A DNA stretch of 64,000 bases, taken from the human T2T-CHM13v2.0 reference genome, Homo sapiens. The stretch lies in NCBI RefSeq assembly GCF_009914755.1, contig NC_060925.1. One strand, given 5' to 3'. Position numbers and translations under genes: made by a program. The notes beneath the pieces were generated by a model that saw nothing but the letters and a program-made list of their open reading frames with translations, made no database searches and was not told the DNA's origin. Every line of letters begins with the position of its first letter. Within the stretch, counting starts at the first letter, position 1. Below are positions 36,689 through 50,559 of this stretch, piece by piece.

Positions 36689-36980
36689 AGCCAGGCACGG
36701 TGACTCATGCCTGTAATCCCAGCACTTTGGGAGGCCGAGGCAGGCAGATCACTTGAGGTCAGAAGTTGTAGACCAGCCTGGCCAACATGCAAAACCCCTG
36801 TCTTCTAAAAATACAAAAATTAGCCAGGCATGGTGGCATGTGCCTGTAATCCCAGCTTCTCTGGAGGCTGAGGCAGGAGAATCACTTGAACCCAGGAGGC
36901 GGAGGTTGTAGTGAGTGGAGATCGCACCACTGCACTACAGCCTGGGTGACAGAGTGAAACTTTGTCTTAAAAAAAAAAAA
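36689..36980 (+). mobile_element. AluS (Sz/Sx)
   Basis: Full dimer with poly(A). Confidence 0.95.
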
Positions 36981-37759
36981 CGACCCAAAAGAACTTTCAA
37001 TTGTGTCACCATGAAGACCATAAAAATAGTCATTCATCCAGGGTTCACTCTGTAGTGTCATTACCTCAACTGCACTCTTAACTCCTGACAAATTATGCTA
37101 CCAATAGTACGTTTATTCTTCTGAAAAATTCTCACTCCATATGTGCTGGGAATTTAAGGTAGAAAAGTATAGCCTGTATCGTATTCTAGATAAACATAAA
37201 GTATCCTGTCAACAATATAAATGATTCTTGTGAGAAATGGAAACTTTCACTTGAAATATTATTTGTTTTGCCTAAACTCTTAACATTTCAGTCATTTAGT
37301 GTAAATCCATAGTCAGTACACAGAACAGGTGACAGATCTGAGTTTGGAAATGTTAACACCGCACTTTGAATCCCACCAGGAGCTCAATGATTTATAACCT
37401 TTGTTAATCTTCAGGAGCCTCCCCCACAAACCCTGTTGGTTAATAATGCTATTGCTACTCCTGCCCAGATGGTGCAATGTGGCTATGGAACTTGTTATAG
37501 GGAGATATAGTAGGTGCTCAATACATATTCAACTTATCACAGGCATGGGATAGGTCAGAAATTAGGTTTGGCTCTCACCCTTTGATCCTCTTTAAGAGAC
37601 ATGCTCTTTTCATGTCACCTACAAATAAAAAGTAGCCAGTGTTGCCTGCTGTTAATTGGATTTATAATCATAAACTGTCATGTAAAAACATTTATTTAAA
37701 ATAATTGTATAAGAATATACCAAGATATCATATAATTAATTAAATTTAGCAAAGAGTAA

Positions 37760-37990
37760 CCTCTATGTTGTGAGGGGGGCCATAGGTTAAAAGGGTATAC
37801 AAGGTTACCCACTAGATGAGAGAAGAAGATATTAGAACATATTTAACTTTTATAGCATCTTACAATTTTTCTATTTTTGTATCTTGTGTAATATACATGT
37901 TATTGTAGCATCACAAGTACATATTAATAACTTATGAGCCCATACATTTATGTTTGAAAGATTTTACTAATAGTCTATGAGAACCACTTC
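37760..37990 (+). mobile_element. hAT-Charlie MITE fragment
   Basis: TACCCACTAG...AAGATATTAGAAC...TTTCTATTTTTGTA...GAGAACCACT terminus. Confidence 0.5.
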
Positions 37991-38059
37991 ATGTGGCTCT
38001 CACTGCACAAAAATGAGTTCCCCATTTTATTGCTCAGTAGTATAGATGAATACAGAGCC

Positions 38060-38290
38060 AAAGAGAGTGTCAGAGGGATAGAATGAAGACTGGCACCCAA
38101 GAGGCCTGTGTTTAAATCCCGGCTTGACCAGTTGCCACCCTGGTCATCTAGGACAAGTTTGCATCTCTGAATATCAATTTCCTCATCCATGAAAAAGGGA
38201 TAAAAATGTCATTATTTTACATTCGGTAATTTATTTACAGTGTATACTAGAGTATTTGACACAATAAATAGTATCTATTATCATTTGTGA
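38060..38290 (+). mobile_element. MIR SINE
   Basis: TTTAAATCCCGGC...CTCTGAATATCAATTTCCTCATCCATGAAAAAGGGATAA. Confidence 0.8.
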
Positions 38291-39299
38291 AATTCACTAT
38301 TCAATTTGTCCTCCAATTTGTCACATTTTCAGCTGTCAGTAAAACACGGTTACGTTAAAAACATAAATAATGTCTAGTCCCTTGGGATGCAAAGAGGTCC
38401 AGATTTTCTCGTTCTTTTCAACTCCTTAGCTGTGAAGGCTACATCCTGCACTTATTAATCTGTGTATTGAGGGGGGCGGACCCTTGATTCTTGTCTTTGA
38501 TAAGCTCTGCTCAGCCATGGCTGGATTAATGCATGTCCACATCCACATTACAGGATTCAGTAAGAAAAGAAAGTCAGCTCACACTGTGTGGCTAAAGATA
38601 ATGGAAATGTGCTTATTAGAAGTCTTCCAGAGAGAAAATTTCTTAATTACTTGCTTTTGATCAAAATGAGGGTAAACAGAAGCAATTCTGAAGCAAGACT
38701 TGTTATTGTGTTTTTCTGAACACAGTACGCAAGTCTGACAATTAGGAAGCAGTTTTCTGCAGTTCTTTCACATTTGTTTGAGTCTCACAGAGTTTGCAAC
38801 CAAACTAATAAAGAAGGGAGCCATCTCACATAGTTTTTAGAAGAAAGTGATACATAATTATGGAGTTTACCAAGAACAAATCTCATCAGAGCAGCTTAAT
38901 TTTTTTATAAAAATGAGTTACTTGTCCAGTTGGTCTATAGACTGCGATAGACACAATGTGTGTGATTTCAGAAAAGCATTTGCAGGATATATCACAGCAA
39001 TCTTATAGTCAACATGAGAAATGTGATCCTGACCATGCCAGGATTAGGTAGGTAAGATTGTAACCCAGTCCATATAGGACATGGAGTGATTAGGTTAGTA
39101 ACGCTTTGAATGATTGTTTGAGGGGGATGGTTAATGATGTAATTTTTTGTGTGTGCAACAGGGAAATCCTAGTGATCCTATGGTTTTAGTGTTTAAAATA
39201 TTCCTCAAATAACTACAGGTTTCAGAAAAACCTGGTTGCTTTAGAAAGAATGTAGCCATGGTAGAAAATGCAGTCAGACAATCTACACAAAAATGCATC

Positions 39300-40390
39300 T
39301 AGACCTCCAGTTCCAAAATGGCTGCATAAAAGCAAACTACCTTTACTCCCTGTAACAGAAAATTAAAAAGCAAATATACGGTGCCGAGATTATCAACAGC
39401 AGTATCCCAGAACGCATATATGAGAGGAGACAGTTCCTGGGACCATAGAGAAGTGAAACAACTTCCAGCACACAATAAGAGAATCAAACTTCCGTATCTG
39501 AGACATTGCTCTCCACAATCTGTCTGGCACAGATTGTGAAAAATTTTCCCCAACTCACAGTTTCTACACTGGAAAGTGAGATTGAGGTTAACAACCAGCT
39601 TCCCTACCATCTTGGGTTTTCTGGAAAGAGACCTGTCCCTGCCTCAACCCACAGGAGGCATCAGGAGTTCTTGAAAGGAGCAATATCCCCGAGGACAAAG
39701 GGGAAAGGCCAATATCCCCAAGAAATATCCCTGAGGACAAAGGCGGCAGAGGCCGAAGACAAAGGGGGAAGATAGGACTACCATCCCCAGCCCTGGAAAC
39801 TCTGCTCTGTAACTCAGCCAAAGGAGAAGCCAAATCAGAGTGGCTGTTCAGCAGCACCACACTGTAGATGGCTTTTTTCCATACATCCCTTGGGCATGAA
39901 CCCTAGCCAGCCTTCCCACACTACTGGGATATCCCCTCTGAGACACCCACCATTTGAGATGAGTGGCACTCTGATTGTTTACTACAATCAAGACAAACCT
40001 GGGCTTAAGGCAACATCTAGTGCCAAGAAGGCAGTAACCTAGGGGAAAAGAAAGAAAACCAACAGATAAATTACAAAGAATCTCTAAGCAAACATATCCA
40101 ATAAAAACCTAAACAAGCCAGACAGAGGACTGAAATAAAGAACAAATTATTCAATAGAAAGACATATTTATGTACGTCCATAAGAAACAACAGCAAATGG
40201 GAAACTATGACCTCCTCATATGGAGAAAGCAAGGAACCAGTGACTGACCCCAATGAGACTGTGATATGTTAACTCTCTGGCCAAGAATTCAAAATAGCAG
40301 TTTTAAGGAAACTCAGTGATCTCCAAGATAATGCAGAAAAGCAATTCAGAAATTTATCAGAGAGATTTAACATATATTAAAATAATAAAA
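39300..40390 (+). mobile_element. L1M (L1M1/2-like) 5'UTR and ORF1 start
   Basis: GTTCCAAAATGGC start; ...AAGAATTCAAAATAGCAGTTTTAAGGAAACTCAGTG...GCAATTCAG. Confidence 0.8.
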
Positions 40391-40394
40391 AAGA

Positions 40395-40965
40395 TCTAAA
40401 ATAAACAAACAGTGGTGCATCCAAACAATGGTGCTAAAACATGCTAAAAGGAAATGAACTATCAAGCCATGAAAAGGTAAGGAGGAAGTTTAAAATGCAT
40501 ATTACTAAGTGAAAGAAGTCATTTTGAAAAGGTTACATACTATATGATTCCAACTGTATGACATTCTGGAAAAGGCAAAATTGTAGAGACAGTAAAAAGA
40601 TCAGTGGTTTCCAGGGATTAGGTAGGAGGGAGGGATGAGTAGGTGGGGGCACAGAGGATTTTTAGGACAGTGACATTACTCTATGTGATGCTATAATGGT
40701 GGATACTTGTCATTGTACATTTATCCAAACTTTCAGAATGTACAACGCCAAGAGTGAAGCCTCCTGTAAGCTACGGACTTTGGTTGATAAGGATGTGTCA
40801 ATGTAGGTTCATTAACTGTAACAAATGTACCACTCTCGTGGAGGATGTTGGTAATGGGTGAGGCTATGCATATGGGGATAGGAAGTAGATGGGAACTTTC
40901 CATACCTTCTGTTCAATTTTGCTGTAAATCTAAAACTGCCCTAAAATTAAACTGTATTAAAAATC
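40395..40965 (+). mobile_element. L1MC1-like 3' end
   Basis: TCAAGCCATGAAAAG; GACATTCTGGAAAAGGCAAAA; TGTAACAAATGTACCACTCT; A-rich tail. Confidence 0.88.
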
Positions 40966-41359
40966 AAAATAAACAAAACAAGAGCTCCAAAGCTACATCA
41001 TCACACAATCACTTTGTTTGTAAGTATAGCAGTGGGTCAGATTCTTCCATAGTAATCAATTGATTAAAAATGTTTACTATGGTCAAAGCATGAGCAAAGA
41101 CTATTACCATGTTTCTAATTAGTAATGAAAGTCTTGAAGAGTGGTGGGTTGGTAAGTGTTTAACAACTAGCTCCTTAGGAAAAAAAAACAACGTATGCAT
41201 ATAGATACCATAGAAATAAATAACCTCAAGTACATAGATAATAAGATAAATAATAATAAAATAAATAGGAAATTATGAGGTTTTTTTTAGAAAATTTCTA
41301 ATTTTTAGAAAAAAATTAGAGGTTTTTTTGCCTTTTTCAAAAATACTTTTAAGCTTTTA

Positions 41360-41688
41360 AAATGTTTTATTTTGAAATAATTTTAGATTTACAGAGAGTT
41401 ACAAGATGGTACAGAGTGTTTTCATATAACCCTCACCACCCAACTTCCTCTAACGTTAACTTATTACATAACCATGGTTATTTGTTAAAACTAGGAAATG
41501 AACATGGGTATAATATTGTTAAGTAATGTAAATACTGCATTTAGATTTCACCATTGTTTCCATTACTATCTTTTTTCTATATTCCAGAATCCCATTCAGG
41601 ATGCCATGTTGTGTTTACTTATCAAGCCTCCTTAGTTTCCTTTGATCTATCAAAGTTTCTCAGGCTTTTCTTCTTTTTTCATGACCTT
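41360..41688 (-). mobile_element. L1MC4/5-like 3' end
   Basis: TTTATTTTGAAATAATTTTAGATTTACAG...CCAGAATCCCATTCAGGA. Confidence 0.8.
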
Positions 41689-43622
41689 AGTTTTTAGTAT
41701 AACTTATTAATTTTATGTGTATTTCTGAGTTGTTGGCTTTATAGGTTTATAATTTATTAAAGCAGTTACCCAAAGAGTGTGGTTTCATGGATCGATGTCA
41801 TATGGATAGAAGTTACTAGGGATAAGCCCACAAGAATCTGTCATTGGTCTTTTCTCCTCAACAGTTTTACTAATGACTTAGAAAAATCTATTGCTGTCAT
41901 GAAAGTCATATTAGCAAGTGATACAGATGGGGAAGTGTAACAAATATGTTGGATAATACTTCAGAACTATGGGGACCACAACATGATAGGCAAATCTAAC
42001 AGCGTAAAGTATTACAGGGATGAATGTATCACCCAACAACTGTGTGCCAAAAAAAACCCTCTATTGCTGAGTCTAGAAAGATGTGATTTAAATGAAGTGC
42101 ATGCTAAAAACATGCTTAGGGCTTTAAGATTTTTCATGTTCCTTTTGGGGACAGAATGGCTACCCAAGGGACTGGTAAGAGGTAACTTGAATGTCTGGGT
42201 TCCATTCAGGCGCATGATCTCTCCTCAATATGAGGGAGATAAAAATATTTTCAGGGACATACTAGTCCAAAGTTAGGTAGCTAGTCTAAAATGGTATGTG
42301 ATAAGAATGATCTAATTTTCAAGGGAGTGTCCAGATTCATAAATAGCTGTTGCCTAGGGAGGTATGAAGAAGGACCTGGAAAGGTGAGGCCAGGTAGAAC
42401 TCTCTGCCAATGATCAAGTAGCCACAGAGGCTTTGTATTAGGTTTCTGTAACCAAGGGCAAGGGTGTTCCTTGAGGTTAGAAGGTACCCTCTAGGTTAGG
42501 TAATGGGTAATTGCAAGTAGAATATGCACCCATGATGTCATTTTCCTGCCAAAAACCTATTTAGCTTGCTCTGCTTCCATAGAAATACAATGCCTATCCT
42601 AAAATACCTGATAGTTGTGTCTGTATTGATCAACTAAATTCAGAGTATTATGGTGAATAATTCTGGATACCAAAACCGTGGCCATTTTAAAGGGAGGTAG
42701 GGTGAGTGATTAGAGACTGAAAACAATGCCATGTGATAAGCATGTGAAAAATTGAAGAATGCTTAGCTTAGCAAAGAGAAGATATAGGGAAAGTAAGATG
42801 GCCATTTCTGAGTATATGAAAAGCTGTGTCATGTGGAAGCACAATTACACTCGGATAAATGAGTAGACACTACAGAAAAACAAATTTTAGCTCAAAATAC
42901 AGAAGAGCTTTTAATTATTAAGGCTGTCCAAAAATGGATGAGGCTATCTCAGGCAGAAGTGTTCGAGTAGAAGAGAATAAACATTTGGTAGACATGCCAT
43001 CTGGATGATTGATTTAGTTCTGCGATATCATGACATGTATTTCTAAATGTGACATAGTGCCTATCTAGCTGGCCGCTAGCGGAATAATATTAGTAAAACA
43101 TAGAAGTTATGTTGGATCATTTTGGGCTCACATCAGCCCTTTAATCTTTTGCACTACTGAGCAGCCCTCACTGAATGTAACTTGCCCTCATGCTGCTGAA
43201 AACAGCCAGCCATATAGCACAATGCAGTATCCCATGTCTGTTCTGTCCAGGTTCATCTTAGCTTAGTTTGACCAGGTATTTTGACTTGGACGTGCTTGTG
43301 CAGTTTTTCCCAATATTTGTGGTTTTTAAAAACTCAGTACTTAACCTTTCTCACACTCTCTTCCATCAAACCAACTCCCCTCTTTCTTTCAAGATTAAGT
43401 CTTATATTTACTATATCCATTTTTAAAGGCATTTAACCTTTTAAAAACCATGCTGGTATTTTTCTATTATCAGTGTTTTTGTTAACAGCCTTCTTACCAA
43501 GTTACATGTAGTTTCGGTAGTCTGTTTTTGTGTCTATTTTGCCCATTAGCCCAGGAAGTTTTAGTTTGTGATTTGGAAGAATAAATGATTGCCTGTGTTG
43601 AATGAAGTGCTGGACTTAAGAG

Positions 43623-43787
43623 CAATGGTTCCCAATTCTGATGACACATCATAATCACCAAGGGAACCTAAAAAACTTCAAACCTGTAGGGTCCACTTCA
43701 GGACCTCCCAGGGGTGGGACCTGTAACATTGTGTTTTTAGCAAGTTCATTTGCAGCCAGCCTGTGAAGCTGTGATTTGGAATCACTA
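43623..43787. mobile_element. MER5-like hAT MITE
   Basis: CAATGGTTCCCAA...TTTGGAATCACTA termini; GGGGTGGGACC core. Confidence 0.65.
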
Positions 43788-45733
43788 GACAGATGACCTC
43801 TAGCATCACGATTTTAAGATGCTACCCACCTCCCCTGTCATCTATTACAATGAAACACACACTATCCTTGGAATAGTGAAGCAGCAAAACATGCATCTCA
43901 ATGTCTACATGGACAGCTGCCCCCACTGCACTGAATTTTATGTATCAAGCACAGTATGTTAAAACCACGGACATTATGCAAGATAAACATCTCCAGTAAA
44001 ATAGCCTTCAAGTCACAAATGTCTTCATATCACTAAAATTTTAGCTCTCAAGAACATTGTGTTTATTGAGCAAATTTAAAAGGTGAGCCTGTCTTTCAGC
44101 TAGAATGCCAGAAATTTAAACAGATTAAGAATATTCTGAAGTCAGGATGCAAATTGGCAATAGGACTCTAATTTGTGACTATTTTCATCCCAACCAACAT
44201 GAGAAATTTTGATATCATTGGAAATCTTTACTTGCAAGAGCTGTTATTAGAATAGGAAGGGTGGGGTGGTCAGGATGGAGGTATGTTTACTCTGCAGCTG
44301 GTCATTAGCCTGGAACTTGCTCAAGTCGATTTTATGGCCATTAATTTCGATGCCCCCATTAGAAAATTTACTTCGAAGGCCATTTGCATGACATCTGCTC
44401 TCCTTTCAATCTTGTCTTCTCCCCTCAGTAAATGTAATTTCCACAGTGACTGCTTAACTGACAATTTTAAGCAGGCAAATCTTGAACTTTCCACATTAAA
44501 TAGGAATCTAACTTTTTAGAAAGTTATCTATAGCAATGAAATGTTTTCTTAGTCTTGTGCTGAAGTATAAATAGGCAGCTGAGCTATGGGCCTACTGCTG
44601 TCGAATCTTGGTAAGAGAAATGCCAAGAGGTTTGAAGAAGAAGAATAAGAAAAACCTGATATAAAGCTGTGCTTCAATACTTTCAGCAAATTATAGGATA
44701 TTAATAACCCATCCCAGGTTGTCGTGTGTGCAGGAGGCTTATTGCAGCAGAACAGAGATTATGCCCTCCCTGGCGTACCTTGGATGTCTGGCAAAACAAA
44801 CTTAAAACAGGAAGCGTAACTCACAAATCAAAGATAAAAAATATTCCTCTTAACATTTCCTAGAACTTACTAGGTCTGTTCAGCAACTGCTTTCTCCTGC
44901 TAATGAGTTAAGATCTCATTAGAATGGTGAGTGATTCTGTAAGCCAGAAACCCTGCATTTTGCAGGCACTGGTCTCAAAATTGTCACCACTTGCCTTGAC
45001 TTCTTGGCCTTCTATAGGTCTTTACAATAAAGAGTGAAACCAGAATCACATTTCTTCAGTCCCTTTGTACAATAATTTGACTACAAAATCATACTTCATT
45101 GGATAAATTTCTGTAAGTAAGCAGAAGATATTTGAAATATTAATAACACGGGAAAGGTAAAGGAGTGAAAGCAAGTCCTTTGTGGAAACTAGAATCCTTG
45201 CTACCCTCCATCCTAAGCAAGAGCGTGAGATAAAAGTGAGAATATTTACTGAGCCCTAAATTCTCTTAAATGAGCAAGAGTGAATTGAAACTTTCAGTGG
45301 TCTCCAGGCTACTTGAATGAGAGGCCCTAATCCAGAACAAGAAGAGTTACCGAAAATATAAGCAAGAAATAAGAGGAGAGAAAGAATTAAGAAGGGAAAA
45401 GAGAGGAATAAAAGTAGACGAGGATGGAAAGAGAACAGAATACTTCATACCTCATATACTATGTTTGATACATTGTATACAGCAACATCTTAGAAATATC
45501 ATTTGAAAATGACTGTTCATTTTCCCAGGAAATTAAATATTAAAATATCTTGTTGTTCATTTTGCAACTCCATTGTGAGTTCCCTCTATTGTGATTAATC
45601 TTCTTCCAGTACTACCATACACCTAGCACGTAGTAGACATTCAATAAACTGGAGGAGGGGGAGGCAGCAGGATAATGTTTGCTTTTTTATTTTTAAACTC
45701 ATTTCATTTTTTGAATAAGTATTATATTCACAT

Positions 45734-46111
45734 TGTTATGTTTTGTTGTCCCCCCTCCCTCCAAAATAACATATTTTGAATCTCTAATCCTCAATATGAC
45801 TCTATTTGGAGATAGGGCTTCTGAGAAGGTAATTAAGGTTAAATGCGGTCATAAGAGTGGGGCCCTAATACAAAGAACCAGTGTCCTTATAAGAAGAGGA
45901 GACATGGGGAGTGCATGCATGCAGAGGAAAGATCATGTGAGGACACAGTGGGAAGGAGGCCATCTACAAGTCAGGAAGAGAGGCCTCACGAACCTAAGCC
46001 TCCTGTCACCTTTGTTTTGGACTTTCAGCCTCCAGAACTGTAAGAAGATAAATTTCTGTTAAGCCACTCAGTCTGTGGTATTTGGTTATGGCAGCCCAAG
46101 CTGACTAAACA
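45734..46111 (+). mobile_element. MLT1A0-like MaLR solo LTR
   Basis: TATTTGGAGATAGGGC; GTCCTTATAAGAAGAGG; CAGCCTCCAGAACTGTAAG; GCTGACTAA. Confidence 0.9.
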
Positions 46112-46503
46112 ACATGGCCCTAAGATTAAAAGGTAACAGTGAAAAGTCTTTCTCCTTGCCTCTTTCTCAAATGATTATATCCTTCCCTACCTTTTAAACA
46201 GTAGGCAGCATATTAATGAATGACTTTCTGATGGACCGTGACTAATGTGTCTATCAGTAATACAATGGAATCTAATAGGCTGTAGTAGAATGATGTCCTT
46301 ATGACCAGGAGACATGCAGGGCTTTGAACTATTACCCTTTTTTATTCTCACACTGTGGTAACTTTCTATTTCTGAATTTTTAAAAATAGTTTTTAAGATT
46401 TTTTTCTCCATCAGTTATCAGCTATTACTGGGGCTATGAATGTGCTTCACACTAGCATCTGCCCCACTTATTGCTGATTACCAACTTTGTTAAAATTGTT
46501 TCT

Positions 46504-46949
46504 TTTTTAAAAATCTTTATTTTATTTTATTTTAAGTTCCAGGATACATGTTTAGGATGTGCAGGTTTGTTATATAGGTAAACATGTGCCATGGCAGTTT
46601 GCTGCACCTACCAACCCATCACCTGGATATTAAGCCTCAAATTCGTTAGCTTTTTATCCTGATGCTCTCCCTCCCCCTTGCCCTGCACCCCACAAAAGAC
46701 CCTAGTGTGTGTCGTTCTCCTCTTTGTGTCCATTGTTCTCATTGTTCAGCTTCCACTTATAAGTGAGAGCATGTGGTGTTTGGTTTGCTGTTCTGCGTTA
46801 GTTTGCTGAGGATAATGGCTTCCAGCTCCATCCATGTCTTTGCAAAGGACATGATCTCATTCCTTTTTATGGCTGCATAGTATTCCATGGTATATATGTA
46901 TCACTTTTCTTTATCTAGTCTATCATTGATGGACATTTGGGTTGATTCC
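46504..46949 (-). mobile_element. 5'-truncated L1PA (about PA10-type) 3' end
   Basis: Antisense L1 3'UTR; perfect 13-bp TSD TAAAATTGTTTCT (46491-503, 46950-62). Confidence 0.93.
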
Positions 46950-47705
46950 TAAAATTGTTTCTACAGTAGAAGTCAGTAAGATCTAAGTGACAGCCAAGCT
47001 TTTCTGTATGAGATAAGCACATGGGCTTTGATTTCTCTTTTACTGTTTCAGAAGTCATTTTTTTTTTATTGTTTTTTAGTTTCTGGCTATGTTCCGGTAG
47101 TTGAGATTGCCAGAGATGTGATTTGCAGTTAGCATTTTGTATTCATAACTGACTGTTCCTCCTCTATAATTTCACAGTCTAAAATGTCCTGGCTTTGCCA
47201 GGAGGTGGCATCAGTTTGCCTAGTAGCTTACAGTTATGGACCTTGCATTGTTTGCCTTTGAGAGTTTCAAAAATGTCCACCTATTCTCAACCCATCAGTT
47301 TCATATATCTGCCCAGATGATTTGATATCCAAACAGAAAACTATTTGTAGCAATATACTTCAAATTAAACAAGAAGCCCCCTTACTTATATGTGAGCTTT
47401 TCCATTACACATGGATGTGATGTTCTCTGGAAAGGTGTACGGTGGGCAGTGCTCAGGCTGAGGACTAAACTGTGAGAGCCCTATGAGAGTGGTTACATGA
47501 ACCACTGCTTGCTGAGCATCATCATATCATAGATTAAAACTAGGCAAATGAAGACCACTCTCCATTATTCTCTCCCGGTCCAGAAAAGGAGCAGCAGCTT
47601 TCTTGCTCCTTAGTCTAAACCATACAATAAAATATAACCATTTCCCCATATTTTTAGTCCATTTGGGAGAATCAGCCAGGCCTGGATGTGCCTTTGGTTC
47701 TTTTA

Positions 47706-47910
47706 CATGAGTCTGGAGTCTGACAGATGTGAGTTCAAATCTTGATTCCAGCACTTACTGGCCACATGACTGTATCGAAGTTTCTTAATGTCTCTACACC
47801 TTGCTTTTTTATATGTAAAATAGGAATATTCTTAGTATCTATCTCATAGGGCTGTTGTTAGGATTAAATGAGGTGATATATGTGAAGAATTTCTTGGAAC
47901 CTTTTGGCAT
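47706..47910 (+). mobile_element. MIR SINE
   Basis: GAGTTCAAATCTTG...CTCATAGGGCTGTTGTTAGGATTAAATGAG. Confidence 0.88.
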
Positions 47911-50559
47911 GAAGACCAATTTAGGATATATTAACTATTTATGGGCTACTTTAAAAATTGAGATTTGGAATATATTTAAGTCCCTTAGAAAGAATGTATA
48001 TCCATACAAATTAAATTACCTACATTATTTAATAGAAGAATGTCAGTGAGAAAATGGCGTGCTCATTATCCCCAGCAATTTTTCTATGAGGGCACAACTC
48101 TAATCTTTCATTGTGGAACTAGCGTGTGAGTCAAAAGGGATCCACAGATCATGGGATGCTCAATGTTGGAACACAACACTAATACCTGATGGATAATTTG
48201 ACTGATTAGAATGACCTATCACTTATCATCATCAATAAATCACAGCATGTGAAACCATACTGCATACCTTGAATATTATTGCTTCAACTCTCATTCTCCT
48301 CTCATAGCACAAAGCATTTTGCTTAACAACAGCCACATTCTTATTAAAGTGAGCCCACAGGAAATGTTTGAAAATGGTACCCTAAGACCAGAATCACATG
48401 AAAGTTTGTTAAAATGCAGATTTTTGAGGCTGGGCTGGCTCTGAGAGTAGGAATTATTAAGACTGCAAATGATGACAAATTTACAGAATTATTGCCCTGA
48501 AATGTACAGAGGTAGGCTTTTTAGCCTCTTTCTTGAGTTTTCTGGTTTTTTTTCTTGTGCATATTCTCCAATAAGAAAGCAGTTAATCTAGAACAGTGAT
48601 TTCAAACCCCAGCTCCCACCTGCTTTGTGATTGCACATTGGGAGTCTGATTTCAAAGGTGTGCAGTGAAGCTTGGATCATTCTAATATTTCTCCAGAAAT
48701 CACGATTCTGACAATCCTGATTTTATCAAAGCTCTATAAGTGCTAAATAGTTTTTCTGAATAGAAGACAAATATCTTTCCCTTGTTAATCCTTTTATTAA
48801 AAGATACATAACAGTATGTTTTATCCTACTCTAGCCTTGCATGAAAACCTAACCCCAAGCCTGTATATGATATAGTATTTGACATTTTGAATAAATAATG
48901 GAACATCTGGAATCTTCAAAATCAACTTAGAAATTTCAGTTTTGCACAAATCTCTTAATACTCTAGGATCTGGATAAACAAATTACATTCCCTATGCTGA
49001 GTTAAATCAGATTAATGAAACATTATAAGTATCTCAGTGTAATACTCCAGATTTGATGTAATCTGTGACCACCCCACCTCTCAGACATATAGCTTTAGAG
49101 AGGCACAGTCCCCTTTGCCTGAGAGAACCCATCTTTTTCCCACACTGTCATCCTCCGTGGCTATCACAACTGGCTCACTTATTTTTTAAGTTAAATTATT
49201 TGTCTTCCATGTAGTTGGAGGAAGTCAATTATCTTAAAAACTTCAGTGGCTTCTTGTTGGTTTTCTTCAAATGTGACACCCACATGAGGACAAAGAAAGC
49301 TTCTCCAAAGGTCCTGATGAAGGTGGAGCAGTTTTAAAATTACCCAGGGCTCAGTACTCAACTTCTCAGTGGGAAGCAGATGTCCGTCCTGTAAGAGGAA
49401 ACTCCAATATTCAACAAGTGTTATGAGTCCAAAGTCCCAGGACTCAAAGAATACACTTAGCACTTTGCCTGAAGTCATGTATGGGAAACCAAACACTTAC
49501 TTTAGTACCTGCAACATTATAGGATATAGGTCATACTAGCAGGTGATGAATATCATGCCTTAGGAACTCCAAGCAGACAACGATTTTCTGTACTTTGCTT
49601 TAGAGGTGAGAGCCGCATTGGAGGCTCAGGGAAAGTGACATACAGAAGACAACAGCTGCATTTTGATTGGAGGTGATTTGAAGCTGTTTGTTATTTCATA
49701 TGGCAGGGATGAGGAAAAATGAGTGGAGGGGAGGAAGGTCTACTTGTTTATTTTCCATCTCCTGTGGAGTATTTGACATCTGGAAGTTCCAATTAGCATT
49801 TTTAAAGTTGTGTTTCAGATCACCCTTATGATTTTCAATTGGCATTAATCTGAGATGCCCCAGATGATCTTTTACACTTTCGTTAAACATTGTGATGATG
49901 CCTTTATAACTTCTTCAAATAGCTGAACCACTGGCCAAATTTTGAAAAGCAGATCATCAATCCAGAAAGTGTGACACTGTGTTCACACAACCAAGGATTG
50001 CAAATGATGCAATTTTAGCACCATATTCTTCATCTACGACAACTTACCAGAATCCTTTGCATAAATTAATAGTTAAGGTTCTTTTTATAATTCTCTAGTG
50101 ATCCACTAGTGCACCTTCTCTAGTGACTGACTATGCGCAGACATCAGTATCTACATAGAGTCTAATCAAGTTGTCCAGTTGATATGCTGAGATCCCTGGA
50201 AAAAACCAGGAATCTTCAGAAAAGCATTAGTTAGCTCTAGAAGTGCTATTTCTTCCACTTTCTTTCTCATGTTACCAAATAGTTTCGCATTAGCTCTAAA
50301 GGAGGTAATCTACTTACTCTATCAGGTCCTTATCTGTATTATCTGTGGCAAAATAATTCTGCTGACTTTGCTCTGAATAATTACCAAGAGCTCACTTAAC
50401 ATGGCCATAATTCTCTCCCCATCTGACTGAGGAATGTTCTTAAACTCCCTCAATCATTCCAGCCCACATTCTTTCAGTATAGCAACAGCGTGTCTGTAAC
50501 TTTTGTTTCCTTTAATTCAGGATCATCAGAGTGGGTATAAAACAATGACCACCTTTCAC

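Larger units (their letters stand above)
38840..43020 (+). mobile_element. L3/CR1 LINE (RT region to 3' end) split into three blocks: ~38840-39140, ~41790-42135, ~42560-43020
   Basis: FTKNKSHQSSLI and DFRKAF; CCCACAAGAATCTGTCATTGG (PQ.SV.G)...AATGACTTA; L3 3' AGCTTAGCAAAGAGAAG, GCTGTCCAAAAATGGA. Confidence 0.78.

Noticed and set aside
49190-49500. Possible lncRNA exon (minus-strand GTAAGT donor near 49495-49500; 101-aa ORF)
   Set aside because: Isolated splice-like words are common; no transcript evidence in the sequence alone
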